Shown in pieces: positions 63,580-64,000 of a DNA stretch of 64,000 nt (positions are counted from its first letter, which is position 1; every line of letters begins with the position of its first letter). This stretch comes from Octopus bimaculoides. Its lineage: Eukaryota. Both the position numbers and the translations under genes were made by a program. The DNA is taken from positions 16,206,359 to 16,270,358 of the forward strand of contig NC_069008.1 of assembly GCF_001194135.2 (NCBI RefSeq). The letters are read 5' to 3'. The notes below the pieces were generated by a model that saw only the letters and a program-made list of their open reading frames with translations, was not told where the DNA came from and ran no database searches.

Positions 63580-63960
63580 GGCGCAGGAGTGGCTGTGGTA
63601 AGTAGCTTGCTTACCAACCACATGGTTCCGGGTTCAGTCCCACTGCGTGGCACCTTGGGCCAGTGTTTTCTACTATCGCCTCGGGCCGACCAAAGCCTTG
63701 TGAGTGGATTTGGTAGACGGAAACTGAAAGAAGCCCATCGTATATATATGTATGTATGTGTGTCTGTGTTTGTCCCCCCCCCCATTGCTTGACATCCGAT
63801 GCTGGTGTGTTTACGTCCCCGTAGTCTAGCGGTTCGGCAAAAAGGACCGATAGAATAAGTACTAGGCTTACAAAAAATAAGTCCTGGGGTCGATTTTCTC
63901 GACTAAATGTGGTGCTCCAGCATGGCCGCAGTCAAATGACTGAAACAAGTAAAAGAGTAT
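63580..63960 (+). mobile_element. SINE family B, full-length copy preceded by a second 3' tail (63495-63550)
   Basis: Same family as 58005-58410. The tail GGTGCTCCAGCATGGCCGCAGTCAAATGACTGAAACAAGTAAAAGA occurs twice. Confidence 0.85.
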
Positions 63961-64000
63961 ATATATATATATATATATAATATATATATATATATAATAT

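Overview
AT-rich, repeat-dense animal draft sequence with about 18 N gaps. The gene family and repeat landscape suggest an octopod cephalopod (inference). The window is a tandem cluster of nine paralogous C2H2 zinc-finger genes (Z1-Z9, strands + - - - + - - - -) plus two short relics. Each gene is a 7-10 aa N-terminal peptide followed directly by about 8 to 16+ fingers with TGEKP-type linkers, with no visible effector domain. They share one architecture: a promoter with tandem ETS-type CGGAAACGGAAGT, a short non-coding exon 1, an intron, and a coding exon with a ~380-420 nt leader. The real starts are the ATGs 27 nt inside the TTG/CTG-started ORFs in the track. Between the genes lie five SINE families, MITEs (several with TTAGGG tracts), and pogo, Gypsy, Penelope and RTE remnants. 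The most notable observations: (1) a Gypsy gag capsid-like region lies in frame behind the single TGA of Z4; (2) an 8-codon uORF ends exactly 4 nt before the main ATG in 8 of 9 paralogs; (3) a tRNA-headed SINE carries a minimal hammerhead-like motif; (4) Z4 and Z5 share a head-to-head promoter made by inverted duplication; (5) the terminal finger has been lost repeatedly, with a possible frame rescue in Z7.
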